Positions 9,186 to 19,304 of a DNA stretch of 64,000 nucleotides are shown one piece after another. The stretch's first letter is position 1, and every line of letters begins with the position of its first letter. The position numbers and the translations under genes are program-made. The notes under the pieces were generated by a model. That model worked only from the letters and a program-made list of their open reading frames with translations. It did not search any database and had not been told where the DNA came from. The stretch is from Candidatus Nomurabacteria bacterium (lineage in GTDB: Bacteria; Patescibacteriota; Minisyncoccia; Phycocordibacterales; UBA918): assembly GCA_023898565.1 (NCBI GenBank), contig CP060228.1:368594-432593 (forward strand), written 5' to 3'.

Positions 9186-11546
9186 TTACCTAGTGATCGG
9201 GTTTCCGTTTTGGTCTACGATTGGGTTGCCGCTATTTTGTGACCCCTGAGATTGATTGTTGCCGGTGTTATTCCCGACGGTGTTCCAGTTGCGGGCAGCG
9301 TTAAAGTTGGTGGTGATGTACTGCTTTGCGCTACTATTCTGGCCGCTTAAGATTGCGTCTCGGAGCTGATCGCGCTGTGCTGGGTCAAGCTTCTTATAGA
9401 GCTCATCCATATGTTTTGACTCAAGCTTGTTGATGGCTTCTGGGTTGTTTATGTAGGCTTCAAACGGCACAGCAGCAATCTCAGCTGGCTTACGATCGGC
9501 AAAGAAGGTTTCAAGTTCAGCGCCTTTAAATGCTTCAATCATCTGCTTTTTCCGGGCTCCCTGGTAATCGCCCTTCTGTCCGTCGGTGAAATTATCGCTC
9601 TTCATCAGGTCATCCATTTGCTTTTGGGTGAAGCGGTGGGCGTTTTCGCGAACAAAGTCATCACCGAGGTTTTCAATCTGCTTAGTGGTGAGGTTTTCGA
9701 GAGCTTTAAATGACACTTCCCCATTCTTTTCAACGGCTGCTTTTAGTGCATTTGTGCGAATAGTAGCGAGGTGATCTTTTTGTTCCTGATTGAAGTTCTT
9801 GCTGTTTGCCAAAGACTCATACTGTCCACCCTTAAGTTGACCAACAATCTCAGTGAAGTCGTCGGTGCGCTGGGTGAACATACGTTCAAGCTGTTCAGAA
9901 GTAAGACTGCCGATCTTGCTCTGCATAGCAGCCACGGTTTTGTTCATTTCTTTCATTTCATCAGCTGAAAGCTCAGGAACTTCCTGTGCTGCCCGCATTT
10001 CGGCCACCTGTTCTTGTAGTTTGAGGCGCTCTTCCATATCAATGTGTTCACCGCCCATTTCTACATCACCCCCAGCTAGCTTAGCTTCAGCTGCTTGACC
10101 TTCTTGAACGAGGCGTGCGCGATTTTCGTGTAGGTAGAGGTTGCGTCGTGCGTCAATTCCTTCAGCCACAACATCATTGGCACCAACTTGTGCGTTGATA
10201 GTGTCTTTGCGATTTTGTTCCTCGTCGCGAGTATATTTCATGCCAAACTTGGCGTTCTTGAGCTTGGTGCTACCCTCTCGGCGTAGATCATCAACCACTA
10301 CGCTATTTCCAACTTTTCGAGCCAATTTTCCAGCTACTGTGTTTTTGTTGGCATTTTGCATGCGGGAGATTTGTCGATCAAGAGCGGCTCCAGTGGCGTA
10401 TGAAAGTCGTCGCGCCCCCCGTCCGGCAGTGTTAGCAGCAGCAGATTTGGTGGTTCTGATGGCTGCACGCTGCAGGCTGCGCTGTGCCCGGCCCTGCAAA
10501 TTTTTACCAAAACCAATCATTGTTGAAGCGCCGTCTGCTCCCATTTTATTAGCTACTACTACAGCAGCAATCATAAAGATACAAGCTAACATGAATGGTG
10601 GTAGTGTTGAGCCAAAATTAGTTAAAGTTGCGCTTCCCATTCCAGAAAAAGTTTCTGGATAGTTTGGCTTCTGTCCATTAACACTCATAACTTTTGCCCA
10701 GGCATTAAGCAGGTAGATAGAGAAATAGACTAAAAGCAGGTAGATTGGTGCAAAAAATGATCTACCCAAAAACCCATGCCAGTACTTGCTGGTGATACTA
10801 GACATTTGTGGGAACACCCAGCTTAAGAACATTAGTGGTGACAGCACCATGTACAAACAGAGTGCTGCGTAGCGTATAAAAAGCATAATGGCGCCAGCTG
10901 CAAATACGAAGGCTGTCACAATAAACAGAATCATTGCGCCAAAAATGTACGCATAACCGGCTCCGTCAGTTTCAGTTTTTGGCATGGCGCTATCACCAGT
11001 GCTCAGAATATTTTGAATGCCGAAGGTGTCCATAAAACCAAGGCTAACAGTGAGGTCGCCAGTGCTAGCATCCTTTGGGAAGCCCTTAGCAATTTGGGTG
11101 GCCATGATGTTTGAAAAGTCGACAACTGTTTTGGTGATGTAGAGACTGAAGTTTACGAGGAGAGCGGCCATGATAAGGCTTACGAGCCAGCGTCGAGTAC
11201 CAGGATCATCGCTATTTAAAATCATCTTCAGACCAATAAAGACCAGGCCAAAAATGAAAGTGATGTTAAAAATATCACGTACTGCTACCCAGAGAATATC
11301 TACGGCGCCACCAATACCGCTGGTGAGAAAGTTGGTTCCAAAGCCAACGACGTACTCGTTGACACCCCAGTCAAGCGCAAGCCCTGCCAGACCAACTAAA
11401 CGGCCGAAGAATCCAACCACTAGACTCCACAAAGCCTGCTGGAACCAAGGAGCTTCACTTCCCTGTGCAAAGGACAACAGTGGAACAAGCATCAGCAGCG
11501 TGACGAGGATGGTGATTATGGTGATGTGGTGGGTTCGGCTAGACAT
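9186..11546 (-). CDS. VirB6/TrbL-like polytopic membrane protein with a long coiled-coil / low-complexity C-terminal extension
   Basis: 786 aa. The N-terminal ~350 aa contain multiple TM helices typical of VirB6/TrbL. The C-terminal ~400 aa are charged and Gln/Ala-rich, ending in an Asn/Gly/Gln-rich tail. Confidence 0.5.
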   Translation of the reverse strand: MSSRTHHITIITILVTLLMLVPLLSFAQGSEAPWFQQALWSLVVGFFGRLVGLAGLALDWGVNEYVVGFGTNFLTSGIGGAVDILWVAVRDIFNITFIFGLVFIGLKMILNSDDPGTRRWLVSLIMAALLVNFSLYITKTVVDFSNIMATQIAKGFPKDASTGDLTVSLGFMDTFGIQNILSTGDSAMPKTETDGAGYAYIFGAMILFIVTAFVFAAGAIMLFIRYAALCLYMVLSPLMFLSWVFPQMSSITSKYWHGFLGRSFFAPIYLLLVYFSIYLLNAWAKVMSVNGQKPNYPETFSGMGSATLTNFGSTLPPFMLACIFMIAAVVVANKMGADGASTMIGFGKNLQGRAQRSLQRAAIRTTKSAAANTAGRGARRLSYATGAALDRQISRMQNANKNTVAGKLARKVGNSVVVDDLRREGSTKLKNAKFGMKYTRDEEQNRKDTINAQVGANDVVAEGIDARRNLYLHENRARLVQEGQAAEAKLAGGDVEMGGEHIDMEERLKLQEQVAEMRAAQEVPELSADEMKEMNKTVAAMQSKIGSLTSEQLERMFTQRTDDFTEIVGQLKGGQYESLANSKNFNQEQKDHLATIRTNALKAAVEKNGEVSFKALENLTTKQIENLGDDFVRENAHRFTQKQMDDLMKSDNFTDGQKGDYQGARKKQMIEAFKGAELETFFADRKPAEIAAVPFEAYINNPEAINKLESKHMDELYKKLDPAQRDQLRDAILSGQNSSAKQYITTNFNAARNWNTVGNNTGNNQSQGSQNSGNPIVDQNGNPITR

Positions 11547-11552
11547 AGTGCG

Positions 11553-13322
11553 TTATGGTAGGATTGCGTCCCACTCAGTTTTTGAATTTGTAATATCAGC
11601 TTGTGTGTACAAGTCTAACTTCTGATAATCAGCAATGTAGATTATTTTGAGAGATTCTGAGCTAGCTGCTTCGTAGTTGGTGATAATATCAGTCAGCTTT
11701 GTAATCAGAGTGTTGGTTGTGTCGATAATATTTTGTGCATCGCCGGCAGCGGCAGTTGCGATGCTTGATGAAGCTGCTGGTGTGGTTGATGCACTGGCGT
11801 AGGTCTCAAGTTGTGGTTTGTAGAGCGAAGCGAGGTTCTTGTAGTCTTTTTGAGTTTGTAAATCAGCTTTCATTTGTACCAAAGTAGAATCTACGCTTGA
11901 AGCAGCTGCCTGATTAGCCGTAGTGATCACCGCGTTCCAAGAGCTCTTTGAAGCGTTTATGTCTGATTGTGTATGAAGTGGTAAGGCAGAATAGTCTTCC
12001 ATAACCTTAGCTTGGTCAGTAGCGTTTGTTGCTGCTGAATAATCAGATATTTGACTGTTTAGGTTCAACAAATTGCCTGTGGTGTCAGCAATAACGGTAT
12101 CGGTTTCAATGATAGCTGCGTTGGCAGCGGCTACAACAGAGGCTGAGGCGGTCGTGCTGGCTGCGATTGCTTGAAGTTCAATCTTTTTTGCGATGGCTAA
12201 ATCTCGATAGGCGATTTCGAGATCACGCGCATCTTCAAGTATTTTGAGGCCAGAATTAGCGGAAACAACTGAACTTTCAGACTGCATTTGTGCCAAGTAT
12301 GAGCCGCCGCTGAAGCCGGAATAGGTGAAGCCGGTTCCGCCAGAGAGGCCGAGCAGGCCAGCGGCTCCAGTAAACACAGTTTGTGCGAGCTGACCAAGTA
12401 GAGCAGAGATAATCTCGTTCATTTCATCAGCGGTAACGAGTGATTGACGGCCAGAGTCGAGGTTGAAAGAAAGTGCCTCTTCAATAATTTTCCCGGGCTT
12501 AGTGATGGCACATTCTTCAGTGTCACCATTGGCACCGCTTACTATTTGGCAGATTTCACCAGAAAGGAACCCATCTCCCCACTCGAGCTTAAATGCTTCT
12601 TCTCCCTTAGCATTTAGAATGCGCACGTGAGCACCAGTCTGGGCCGCTAACGTAGCACCATAGGGAGTGTAGGTCTCTGGCTGGGCGGTGATGTCAAACC
12701 AGTCATTCCAGCCACCTTCTCCGAAACTACCCTGTGCTCCGTCGAGGAAGCCGCTGATATTATCGATAATCCCTGAGAGGGTACAGGTTGGGGCTGGTTG
12801 GTCGACGCGGGAGCGTTGATATTGAAGCGCTAGGGCGATTTGGATATCGAGCTTGAACGGGTCACAAAGGAAAGAGCCAAGGCCACCAAGGTTTTGAATA
12901 TATTCCCCCATCACCCTGTCTGCAACGTCAGTTAGGAATCTAGACAAATCTTGTACAAACATTGGACTGCCTTTGAAGCCGGAGTTTATCCAATTCACCA
13001 GACTATCTACCATTGAAGAAATCACCGCTTTAGCAAGGGTCCAAGCGATGCTATCAAGCACGCTTTCCTTAATCCAAAGATTTTCTGTTGCCCACGACGT
13101 GACGTATGACCATCCTTCAATCAGCGTGTTCAAGGCATTAATAAAAATAAGTTCAATATTGTTGAACACTTGGGTGTGCTCTGTTGCCCTATCAACAGCT
13201 CCCCCCGCGTGTGCGTATTGAACCTTGTTCCAGTCCTGTGGAGTATAAGTCGCAGCTACGGCAAAAATCATAAAAATTGATGTAACAAGGACTTTCTTTA
13301 GGTATGTAAAAAAGGTTTCCAT
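11553..13322 (-). CDS. Large secreted or membrane-anchored hypothetical protein with an Ala/Ser/Thr-rich C-terminal region containing an internal repeat
   Basis: 589 aa with an N-terminal hydrophobic segment. Two related ~26 aa segments occur near the C-terminus: EDYSALPLHTQSDINASKSSWNAVI and ADYQKLDLYTQADITNSKTEWDAIL. Confidence 0.5.
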   Translation of the reverse strand: METFFTYLKKVLVTSIFMIFAVAATYTPQDWNKVQYAHAGGAVDRATEHTQVFNNIELIFINALNTLIEGWSYVTSWATENLWIKESVLDSIAWTLAKAVISSMVDSLVNWINSGFKGSPMFVQDLSRFLTDVADRVMGEYIQNLGGLGSFLCDPFKLDIQIALALQYQRSRVDQPAPTCTLSGIIDNISGFLDGAQGSFGEGGWNDWFDITAQPETYTPYGATLAAQTGAHVRILNAKGEEAFKLEWGDGFLSGEICQIVSGANGDTEECAITKPGKIIEEALSFNLDSGRQSLVTADEMNEIISALLGQLAQTVFTGAAGLLGLSGGTGFTYSGFSGGSYLAQMQSESSVVSANSGLKILEDARDLEIAYRDLAIAKKIELQAIAASTTASASVVAAANAAIIETDTVIADTTGNLLNLNSQISDYSAATNATDQAKVMEDYSALPLHTQSDINASKSSWNAVITTANQAAASSVDSTLVQMKADLQTQKDYKNLASLYKPQLETYASASTTPAASSSIATAAAGDAQNIIDTTNTLITKLTDIITNYEAASSESLKIIYIADYQKLDLYTQADITNSKTEWDAILP

Positions 13323-13339
13323 AGGTATTTTGTAATTAA

Positions 13340-14230
13340 TTAACTTTGAAAATCAGGACTAAAAACAACAAATAGTGCGGCAGGATCATCTTTTTTTATC
13401 AGGGGCGCGTAGGGCTCAAGGGAGGCATACATATTTTGCATAGCCAATCCCAAGCCTCGAACATCCTCCTGGTACCGCTTCAGCCTTAAAAGCGCAACAA
13501 CAGGATCGTCCAGGGCGATTGACATGGCTGCAATATCTGCGTGAATAGCAGTAAGCGTGTTTAGGAAGTCAAGGTGCTCCTTAACTAAAAAACTTGGAAC
13601 AGGAACCTTGAGAGTGTCCGTAATGTATCCTTCGTAGGCAACAGCAATGGCTTCTAACTCAGCAATTTTTTCCCTGTTTCCATTCACGACGACATCATTC
13701 ATAAGTGTAAGCTCATTCTCTGTTCCTGGAGTGCTGTTTTCTATTAAAATAGCCGCAAGCGTATTGGCGTAGTTTCGCACGTCTTGTTGATCCCAGTCGT
13801 TCATAATATCAATATCGGGAGTGTCATATAGTTCAATATTTGTTTGTTCAGCTAGGCTATTGACCGTATATTGCACTACTTCTTCTTCTGACTTACCAAA
13901 TGGTCCATAGTTCTTTGAACGAATAACGTCTTCAAGGAAATGAATACTCATTTGGCCAGTGAGCGTGGTTGGTTGCTCGTAGGTGCTGCTAGCTGAGTTA
14001 TTCAAAACGATCGGTTCTGTTGTCACGAAGTCGTCCCGCCAGTCTTCGATTCCGTTTTGATCTTCGTCATTGACTGCAATTGCTACACGTTCCGGTGCAA
14101 CCGCTCCAATAGCAGCTGGCTGTGAGACGGTCCGAGGATTATTGAGGCTGCTTAGTGTGTAGGCACCACCAATTAACGCAAAACCAATGATGGTCGCGCC
14201 AACGATTTTTGGGTTAATTTGCCCCTGCAT
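13340..14230 (-). CDS. Membrane-anchored hypothetical protein
   Basis: ORF 13340-14254; the likely start is the internal Met (MQGQINPKIVGATIIGFALIGG) at 14230. Single N-terminal TM, acidic extracytoplasmic domain. Confidence 0.45.
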   Translation of the reverse strand: MQGQINPKIVGATIIGFALIGGAYTLSSLNNPRTVSQPAAIGAVAPERVAIAVNDEDQNGIEDWRDDFVTTEPIVLNNSASSTYEQPTTLTGQMSIHFLEDVIRSKNYGPFGKSEEEVVQYTVNSLAEQTNIELYDTPDIDIMNDWDQQDVRNYANTLAAILIENSTPGTENELTLMNDVVVNGNREKIAELEAIAVAYEGYITDTLKVPVPSFLVKEHLDFLNTLTAIHADIAAMSIALDDPVVALLRLKRYQEDVRGLGLAMQNMYASLEPYAPLIKKDDPAALFVVFSPDFQS

Positions 14231-14320
14231 ACAGTAATAAGTATAGCAGTACAAATTCCTAATATCTGCAAAATATACTCACAAGTGTGTAAGTCTGTGA
14301 ATAACTCTGGGGATATGTGG

Positions 14321-15133
14321 CTAATTAGTGGTGTTTAGAGCATGTAGAGCTTGCGTAAGTTCAATCCACTTGGCAAGCGGGACATCTTCAGCGCGCACAT
14401 CAAGAGTGAGTCTGGTTTTTGTTAAGGCGACTTCAGCTGTTGTTCTTGGAAACGATTTGGAGAGATTGCCAAGGAGTTGTTTTCTTTTTTGCGCAAAACC
14501 CAGATGGATAACCTTAAAAAAATCGGCGTGGGAAATTTCTCCGACACGGTTCTTATGAATGTTTTTGACAGCAACAATAGCGGAGTCAACTTTTGGTGGA
14601 GGAGAAAAGTGGCTTCGTTTCACCGTACATATATATGAAGGATCGCCAAACACTTTGACTGAAAGCGAAAGCAGGGATTCTTTTTTATCGCGAGCGATGC
14701 GTTCTGCTACCTCTTTTTGAATTAAAAATACGAGCGTTTTAGGCTGGTTGGTAGTGTCGAGGAGTTGTCTAAAGAGATTCCCAGTAAGATAGTATGGGAT
14801 GTTAGATATGACGATATAGCTATGATTGGCAAGGCCAAATTGAGCAGGCTTAATAATTCGAGCGTCATGATGGTGGAGAGTTAGCTGACCGCGAGCAATT
14901 GCGTCAGCAAAAGTTTCTCGAAGAGACATAATTGCTCGCTCGTCAGCCTCCACCGCGATTACTCTTGCTCCTCGCGCCAAAATCTCTCTCGTCAGAGCGC
15001 CTGTCCCTGGACCAATTTCAAGCACTGTTTCTCCAGCAATGTCCCCCGCTGCAGCACACATTTGCCGTGGTACATAGTCACTGTTTAGAAAATTTTGTCC
15101 TAAGGACTTTTTGTGCTCGAATTTTTCAGCCAT
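14321..15133 (-). CDS. rsmA: 16S rRNA (adenine1518/1519-N6) dimethyltransferase
   Basis: KsgA signature residues LGQNFL, EIGPGTGALT and NIPY. Confidence 0.85.
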   Translation of the reverse strand: MAEKFEHKKSLGQNFLNSDYVPRQMCAAAGDIAGETVLEIGPGTGALTREILARGARVIAVEADERAIMSLRETFADAIARGQLTLHHHDARIIKPAQFGLANHSYIVISNIPYYLTGNLFRQLLDTTNQPKTLVFLIQKEVAERIARDKKESLLSLSVKVFGDPSYICTVKRSHFSPPPKVDSAIVAVKNIHKNRVGEISHADFFKVIHLGFAQKRKQLLGNLSKSFPRTTAEVALTKTRLTLDVRAEDVPLAKWIELTQALHALNTTN

Positions 15134-15199
15134 AGTGATTCAAGCCTACGGTATTTAGTGTAAATAAACAAGAAAAACCATGGTTGCCCGTGATTTTTC

Positions 15200-17158
15200 C
15201 TAATCTAGATAGACAGTAGTTTCGTAACCAGAACTATGACCACTTTCTGGCTCGGCGTGTTCAACATATTCAGTACTGATATCATTGAGGAATTCCGACG
15301 GCACGTTTACGCGTTGGCTACCAAAGATGGTGCGCATATGAGCGTAGGTGAGAAAGACCTTCTTTTCAGCACGTGTGAGTGCTACATAGAAGAGTCGGCG
15401 CTCTTCTTCATTATCAATCCGTCCGTCATCGAGTCGTTCGTGCGGGAATAGTCCCTGTTCAAGGCCGGTGATAAACACGTAGGCGAATTCTAATCCTTTC
15501 GCGGCATGAATGGTCATGAGACGAACTGCGTTTTGCTCTTCTTTTTCTTTTAGCTCATCTTGGTCACTTTGGAGCGCGGCGTTCTCAAGGAGTTGTTCAA
15601 CCGCTTCACTTGGTTCGAGGTGATTAAAGCGGCTTGCCAAAGTGACAAGTTCGCGGAGGTTTTCAAGTCGCTCCATTGCTTCCTCTGTTCCTTCTTCGCG
15701 AAGGGATCCTTCTATTTGGCTCCGCGACATAATGAATTTAATAGTGTCAGACAGTGGCTTTTCAACCGCTGCCTTTGCTATGTCCATCATGATATCGTCA
15801 AACACTTTTACTTTGGCAGCGGCTCCAGCGTTGAGCTCACTGCGTTTTCCTTCCACTACCTTCAGCATTGTCACTTTACCAATGCCGCGAGCAGGTTCGT
15901 TGATAATGCGAGTCAGATCAGCATTACTGCCGGGGTTTAGTGCTAGTCGGAGATACGACAAAACATCCTTAACTTCCTTTCGCTCAAAGAACTTAGTACC
16001 AAGGAGTTGGTATGGCACATCCATATTGATAAAAGCTTCTTCAAGTGAGCGAGATTGGAAATTAGTGCGGTAGAGAACAGCTATTGCAGCCGGATCTGCG
16101 CCATCAGCAATCAGGCTTTTGGCGGTTAAAGCGATATATTCAGCCTCGTCCGGTCCGGTCATTCCGGCATAGAGGGTGATTTTCTCGCCATCGTGGTTAT
16201 TGGTGAAGACATTCTTTTCAACGCGCTGTTTATTTTTTTTGATTACCTCATTTGAGGCGGCAATAATAGTTTTGGTTGAACGATAATTTTCTTCAAGAAG
16301 AATCGTTTTAACTCGTGGGGAATGGCGTTCAAATTGCAGTACATTTTTGATGTCGGCGCCCCGCCAAGAGTAAATATTTTGGTCGATGTCGCCGACGACG
16401 CAAATATTTTGGTCTTCGCTTGCGAGTAGCTCCATGATTGAAAACTGCACGCGGTTTGTGTCCTGGAATTCATCGACGTGAATATACTTATAGCGCTGCT
16501 GCAGTGTTTCGCGAATATCTTTATGGTTGCGTAGCAAGCGCAAGGTTTTGGCGAGCAAGTCATCGAAATCAAGAGCTTGTTCACTATGGAGTATCGTTTC
16601 ATATTTTTCCCACACTTCAGCGGCGACTTGTTCAGGGAATGAATTAGCAGCGTCCTTAAATTCAAGCACGGTCTTCGCGTCGCCTTTAGCGCGGGAAATT
16701 ATCGATAGCATTTTGCGTGGCTCAAATTCTTTCGGGTTGTACCCCGCTTGTTCAATCGCTTGCTTAATCGCTTTTTGACTGTCGCTGCGATCGTAAATGG
16801 TGAAGTGGCGCCGCAGATTCATGGTTTCATGGAATTCACGCAGCAGGCGGACGCCGAGTGAGTGAAACGTGGTAACAACCGGGTAGCTATCGATCACCGC
16901 TCGATCAGAGGGGAAGTATTTTTGTGTTAGTGCGACCACACGCTCCCTCATTTCTTTGGCAGCTTTATTGGTAAAAGTGACCGCGAGAATGTTGTGAGGA
17001 GCTACTCCTTGGTGAATGAGGTGGACAATGCGATGGGTAATGACACGTGTCTTTCCCGATCCGGCGCCAGCGAGAATCATTAGGGGTCCTTCTGTGTATA
17101 AAACAGCTTCCTTTTGTGGGTCGTTGAGGCCGTCAGTGTATGCTTGTGGTGCAGTCAT
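15200..17158 (-). CDS. UvrD/PcrA/Rep-family ATP-dependent DNA helicase
   Basis: GAGSGKTRVITHRIVHL Walker A and downstream UvrD-family helicase motifs. ORF 15200-17197; the probable start is Met at 17158 (MTAPQAYTDGLNDPQKEAV). Confidence 0.85.
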   Translation of the reverse strand: MTAPQAYTDGLNDPQKEAVLYTEGPLMILAGAGSGKTRVITHRIVHLIHQGVAPHNILAVTFTNKAAKEMRERVVALTQKYFPSDRAVIDSYPVVTTFHSLGVRLLREFHETMNLRRHFTIYDRSDSQKAIKQAIEQAGYNPKEFEPRKMLSIISRAKGDAKTVLEFKDAANSFPEQVAAEVWEKYETILHSEQALDFDDLLAKTLRLLRNHKDIRETLQQRYKYIHVDEFQDTNRVQFSIMELLASEDQNICVVGDIDQNIYSWRGADIKNVLQFERHSPRVKTILLEENYRSTKTIIAASNEVIKKNKQRVEKNVFTNNHDGEKITLYAGMTGPDEAEYIALTAKSLIADGADPAAIAVLYRTNFQSRSLEEAFINMDVPYQLLGTKFFERKEVKDVLSYLRLALNPGSNADLTRIINEPARGIGKVTMLKVVEGKRSELNAGAAAKVKVFDDIMMDIAKAAVEKPLSDTIKFIMSRSQIEGSLREEGTEEAMERLENLRELVTLASRFNHLEPSEAVEQLLENAALQSDQDELKEKEEQNAVRLMTIHAAKGLEFAYVFITGLEQGLFPHERLDDGRIDNEEERRLFYVALTRAEKKVFLTYAHMRTIFGSQRVNVPSEFLNDISTEYVEHAEPESGHSSGYETTVYLD

Positions 17159-17274
17159 GTCGGGACATGATAACACAACGAACAGTTTCACGATCAATCA
17201 AAATAGGTAATGGTACGCTCAGATGTCAACTATAAAAAATCCTTGAAGATGCTAAAAGTAAGTTACCTACAAAT

Positions 17275-17706
17275 ATGTTCCACTCATACGTTCGCTATTT
17301 AAAGCGGTCACTCTATGCGGATAAGTACGATATTGTTCGTCCCTACCATAAGGTGATTGATTTGCTTATCAAGTTAGCTGGTCTCGCTTTTGCATTTACG
17401 GGAGCGTATCTTATTTACACAGCTTCATTTTGCTACTTCAAGCTACACTACATAGAGGTTAGTCCGACGTGCCAAATGATATTTACTCAAATTAATATAA
17501 ATGGTTTTTTGGCTAGTCGTGATGTTGTTGAAGTGTTGGTGATGCGTTGGTTGTGGGGTGCGGGGAATCTGTTGATTGCGCTCTTCGCGTCACAGGTTCT
17601 GATTGTACGTCATTTAAATGAAACGCTGCCGGATCATATATACTTACGTTGTTTTGCTGATGAAGAGCATAAGCGAAAGCGGTTGTCGATTGATGATACA
17701 CTGTAG
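17275..17706 (+). CDS. Hypothetical small membrane protein
   Basis: 143 aa with 2-3 predicted TM helices. First gene of a three-gene plus-strand operon. Confidence 0.4.
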   Translation: MFHSYVRYLKRSLYADKYDIVRPYHKVIDLLIKLAGLAFAFTGAYLIYTASFCYFKLHYIEVSPTCQMIFTQININGFLASRDVVEVLVMRWLWGAGNLLIALFASQVLIVRHLNETLPDHIYLRCFADEEHKRKRLSIDDTL

Positions 17707-17729
17707 GCACGCAACCGTATCGTGAAGCG

Positions 17730-18371
17730 TTGTTGCCTGGTAGGTCGTGCATAGACCCGGTTTTTTTGCCGGAGATTGAACATTGGTCATCTTTTCGTTG
17801 CGGTTCTTACACTGCAGATTGGGTAGCAAAAGCAATTGGCATCACTCATCCACCTGCAAATTTACTCTTAATTGGACCAATTTGGTTTGATTTGTTTCGG
17901 CCAATTACACCCCGAGACATGATGGAGCTATTTAAGGCAAGAGGTATGAATACCGTACAGATATTCTTGTCAAAATTAAGCGATGCGGAAAGGCTGCGTT
18001 GGCTTAAGTATCAGATAGCCGTCAGAAGAAGGCCGCCGGTCCTTTTGATTCGAACAACCACGTTGCACTGGCTTGCTGTTGGTGGGTACGATGATGATAA
18101 AGAGGTGTTTTATGTGTACGACCCCAATGTTGGCAGGGTGTCCACTGATCCAGATTTACCTATCGGGAATTGCATGTACCGTTACGATAAACTGCTACGT
18201 GTCTGGCGCGGAAGGTGGTGGTTACGTTATCGCTCCATTTTGGTTACTGAAGTTTCTCCTCGAGATTTATCAAACGAGAAAAAAGAATTGGTGTTAAACG
18301 CATACGCTCGGGGTGAATTAGTACATCAAAATCCAATGATTGAGAAAAGTCTGCGCTCACTTAGTGATTAG
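17730..18371 (+). CDS. Peptidase C39-like (papain-fold cysteine peptidase) domain protein
   Basis: FRCGSYTADWVAKAIGI resembles the C39 catalytic Cys region. LHWLAVGGYDDDKEVFYVYDPNVG matches the C39-like His ... Asp-Pro motif. Confidence 0.5.
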   Translation: MLPGRSCIDPVFLPEIEHWSSFRCGSYTADWVAKAIGITHPPANLLLIGPIWFDLFRPITPRDMMELFKARGMNTVQIFLSKLSDAERLRWLKYQIAVRRRPPVLLIRTTTLHWLAVGGYDDDKEVFYVYDPNVGRVSTDPDLPIGNCMYRYDKLLRVWRGRWWLRYRSILVTEVSPRDLSNEKKELVLNAYARGELVHQNPMIEKSLRSLSD

Positions 18372-18415
18372 GTTACGGCGGGCAATAATACGTGTAGAAG
18401 TGATACCATACACAC

Positions 18416-19270
18416 ATGGAAACAAAGTTTAATTATCAAGAAGCATTTTTACGAAACATCGGGTTGGTGTCTGAAGCAGAGCAACAAAAAATTGCTTCTG
18501 CAGTAGTCGCCATTCCCGGAATGGGTGGCGGTGGTGGGTCAAATTTGATTGCGCTCGTTCGACAAGGATTTCAAAAGTTTAAAATTGCTGACCTTGATAC
18601 GTATGAGCTGAAGAATTTCAATCGCCAGTATGGGGCCAGGATGGATACACTTGGTCGAAGTAAGGTGGATGTGATGAAGGAAGAGGTGTTGAAAATTAAC
18701 CCTCAGTGTCAAATCGAAGTATTCTCTGATGGAATCAATGAAACGAATATCGCGCACTTTCTGGACGGTGTTGATTTGTCGGTCGATGCGCTTGATGCAT
18801 TTGCTGTTGATACACGGCGTTTATTTTTCAATCAATCTTTACAAAGAAACATACCAGTTATTACGGCCGGACCAATTGGTTTTGGATCAGCATTCTTGAT
18901 TTTTATGCCGGGCGGTCCAAATTTTGATGACTATTTTGCTATTCATGATGGTATGTCGTACCAAAAGAAACTCGTCTCATTTTTGGTTGGGTTAGTACCA
19001 GCGCTTTTACAGCGTCCGTACATGAAAAAGACGAATCTTGAGGAAAAGCGTGGTCCATCATCGATGGGTTCGATTAATATTGGTGCGGGCATCGTGGCTA
19101 TATATGCGGTCAAGGTTTTGCTTCGCAAAGGGGTAATCCGAGCAGTTCCCTACTATCATCAATTTGATGTGATGCGCGACAAGTATGTAGTGAAGAGGTT
19201 GTGGTTTGGAAACCGAAATCCAATCCAAAGACTAAAGATTGCTATTGCTCGATATTTGACCAGTGATTAA
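18416..19270 (+). CDS. ThiF/MoeB/E1-like adenylyltransferase-fold protein (no zinc CxxC motifs; possibly TcdA-like)
   Basis: Gly-rich Rossmann loop AIPGMGGGGGSNL and the E1 signature KIADLDTYELKNFNRQ. Only one Cys in the whole protein. Confidence 0.7.
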   Translation: METKFNYQEAFLRNIGLVSEAEQQKIASAVVAIPGMGGGGGSNLIALVRQGFQKFKIADLDTYELKNFNRQYGARMDTLGRSKVDVMKEEVLKINPQCQIEVFSDGINETNIAHFLDGVDLSVDALDAFAVDTRRLFFNQSLQRNIPVITAGPIGFGSAFLIFMPGGPNFDDYFAIHDGMSYQKKLVSFLVGLVPALLQRPYMKKTNLEEKRGPSSMGSINIGAGIVAIYAVKVLLRKGVIRAVPYYHQFDVMRDKYVVKRLWFGNRNPIQRLKIAIARYLTSD

Positions 19271-19304
19271 AAAGAGCGCGGCCCGAAGGGCCGCGCTCTT
19301 TTTA
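19270..19304. terminator. Intrinsic terminator hairpin aaaagagcgcggccc-gaa-gggccgcgctctttt
   Basis: Perfect 15-bp GC-rich stem flanked by A and T runs. Confidence 0.6.
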
